A stretch of DNA of 62,985 bases, the filler included, from Chiloscyllium plagiosum (Eukaryota), in the NCBI RefSeq assembly GCF_004010195.1. It is 11 parts of 11 records of this genome, joined end to end, with 100 filler letters (N's around TTAATTAATTAA, not from the genome) between each part and the next. Parts side by side here need not be neighbours in the genome. Positions count along the whole stretch, not along the records: positions 59,861 to 62,985 come from NC_057722.1; 10 more parts are not named here. One strand, written 5' to 3'. Below, one piece after another: positions 61,507 to 62,985 of the stretch (within the stretch, counting starts at the first letter, position 1; each line of letters begins with the position of its first letter). The translations under genes and the position numbers were made by a program. The notes beneath the pieces are model-generated. The model did no database searches. It worked only from the letters and a program-made list of their open reading frames with translations, and was not told the DNA's origin.

Positions 61507-61822
61507 GATTAGATTAGATTAGATTACAGTGTGGAAACAGGCCCTTCGGCCCAACAAGTCCACACCGACCCGCCGAAGCGAAACCCACCCATACCCCTAC
61601 ATTTACCCCTTACCTAACACTACGGGCAATTTAGTATGGCCAATTCACCTGACCCTGCACATCTTTGTGATGTGGGAGGAAACCGGAGCACCCGGAGGAA
61701 ACCCACGCAGACACGGGGAGAACGTGCAAACTCCACACAGTCAGTTGCCTGAGGCGGGAATTGAACCCGGGTCTCGGGCGCTGTGAGGCAGCAGTGCTAA
61801 CCACTGTGCCACCGTGCCGCCC
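61507..61822 (-). mobile_element. HE1-type SINE, full length
   Basis: tRNA-like head and (TTAGA)n tail. Confidence 0.9.
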
Positions 61823-62985
61823 ACGGTGTGCAGATAACTCCCTTATGAAGCTTGGCACCATCCAGGACAAAGCAGCTGGGTTGTTTGGCACCTATCCACC
61901 ACCATTAATATTCAACACATCCACAATGGCAGCAGTGTATATCAATCACAAGATCAACTGCATCAGTTCACCCAGGCTCATTCGACAGCCCCTTCTAAAC
62001 CCATGACCCCTATACATGGAAGGATAGGAGCAGCTTCTGTATGGGATCACCATCACCTGCAAGTTCCCCCGGTAACTCACACACCATCCTGAGTTGGAAT
62101 GACATCACTGTTCCTGCATCATCACTGAGTTAAAATGCTGGAAGTCTCTCCCTAATAGTTTCAACTGCACCCTCAGGACTGCAGCAGTTCAAAAAGGCAG
62201 ATCACCCCACTTTCTCAAGGGCATTTTTGCTTGTGAACAATAGTCCAGCTGATGATGCCCACATCCCATGACCAAGTAGTAAAATATAGAACAATAATCC
62301 TGGGATCTAGACAATAAAGTGTTACATTTCTGGGCAATGGGAAAGACCCTCCAGCCCATGCCATTAAAATAATCCCTTTTTGGTTTCTGACAGTTTGTGA
62401 GAGGCAGATCTGTTGATGCCGAGCTTTCAGGAACAGAACACAGACACTAGTAGAGGCAATCGGGAGTTTGGAACCTGACAGCTGCTCAGTCAGACTGGCA
62501 GGTCAATGATGTAGGAAATACAGCTCAAGGCACTGCACCCTGGGGAAATGGTGACTATCACAGGCAGGGATCAAAGGAGGGTGACCAGAAATGAGGGACT
62601 TCAGTTATGATGAAGTAGGAAATGTTTGGACTTGATACTTTGGAATCTCCTTCCACCTCTCCACCCCTTCTTCCTCCTTTAAGATTCTCTTTAAATACAA
62701 CTGTTTGACCAAACCTTTGGTCATCTATTTGATATCTCCAACTGATGCCTGGGGTCAAATTACATTTTATATCCTTCCCATGCAGTGCCTTAGAACGTTT
62801 GTCAATCTTGAAGGTGCTATTTAAGTACAAGGTGCTGAAATAGACAATAGGCAATAGACAATAGGTGCAGGAGTAGGCCATTCAGCCCTTCGAGCCTGCA
62901 CCGCCATTCAACATGATCATGGCTGATCATCCTTAAATCAGTATCCTGTTCCTGCCTTATCTCCATAACCCTTGATTCCACTATC

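Noticed and set aside
1-62985. Apparent tight linkage of MHC class I, Ig kappa, IgM and IgW (a 'primordial immune complex')
   Set aside because: The segments sit on 11 separate contigs joined by identical synthetic linkers. Every contig has an MHC/Ig hit, which suggests a selected set. Order, orientation and adjacency carry no information.

Overview
This window is eukaryotic DNA from a cartilaginous fish (shark). The assignment rests on HE1-type V-SINEs, CR1/Penelope repeats and shark-type Ig sequences; a bamboo/nurse-shark relative is plausible but not provable here. It is not one locus. Eleven contigs are joined by identical artificial 100-nt linkers (44 N + TTAATTAATTAA + 44 N), and every contig carries an MHC or Ig segment. 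Contig 1 (1-29436) holds a complete 7-exon nonclassical MHC class I gene (about 395 aa) with an SXY/ISRE-like promoter. Its product has no alpha2 disulfide, a rebuilt cationic A-pocket end and a long tail with a dileucine motif. A decayed GVIN1/VLIG GTPase C-terminus follows about 400 bp later on the same strand. The other contigs hold a class I pseudogene of the same lineage, three V-kappa, two J-kappa and two C-kappa segments (most with lesions), IgM CH1, CH2 and CH4-secretory exons, and an IgW-type VH. Repeats include CR1, Tx1-like L1, Penelope elements with hammerhead cores, Gypsy remnants, SINEs and minisatellites. All coordinates were read by hand; repeat boundaries are approximate.
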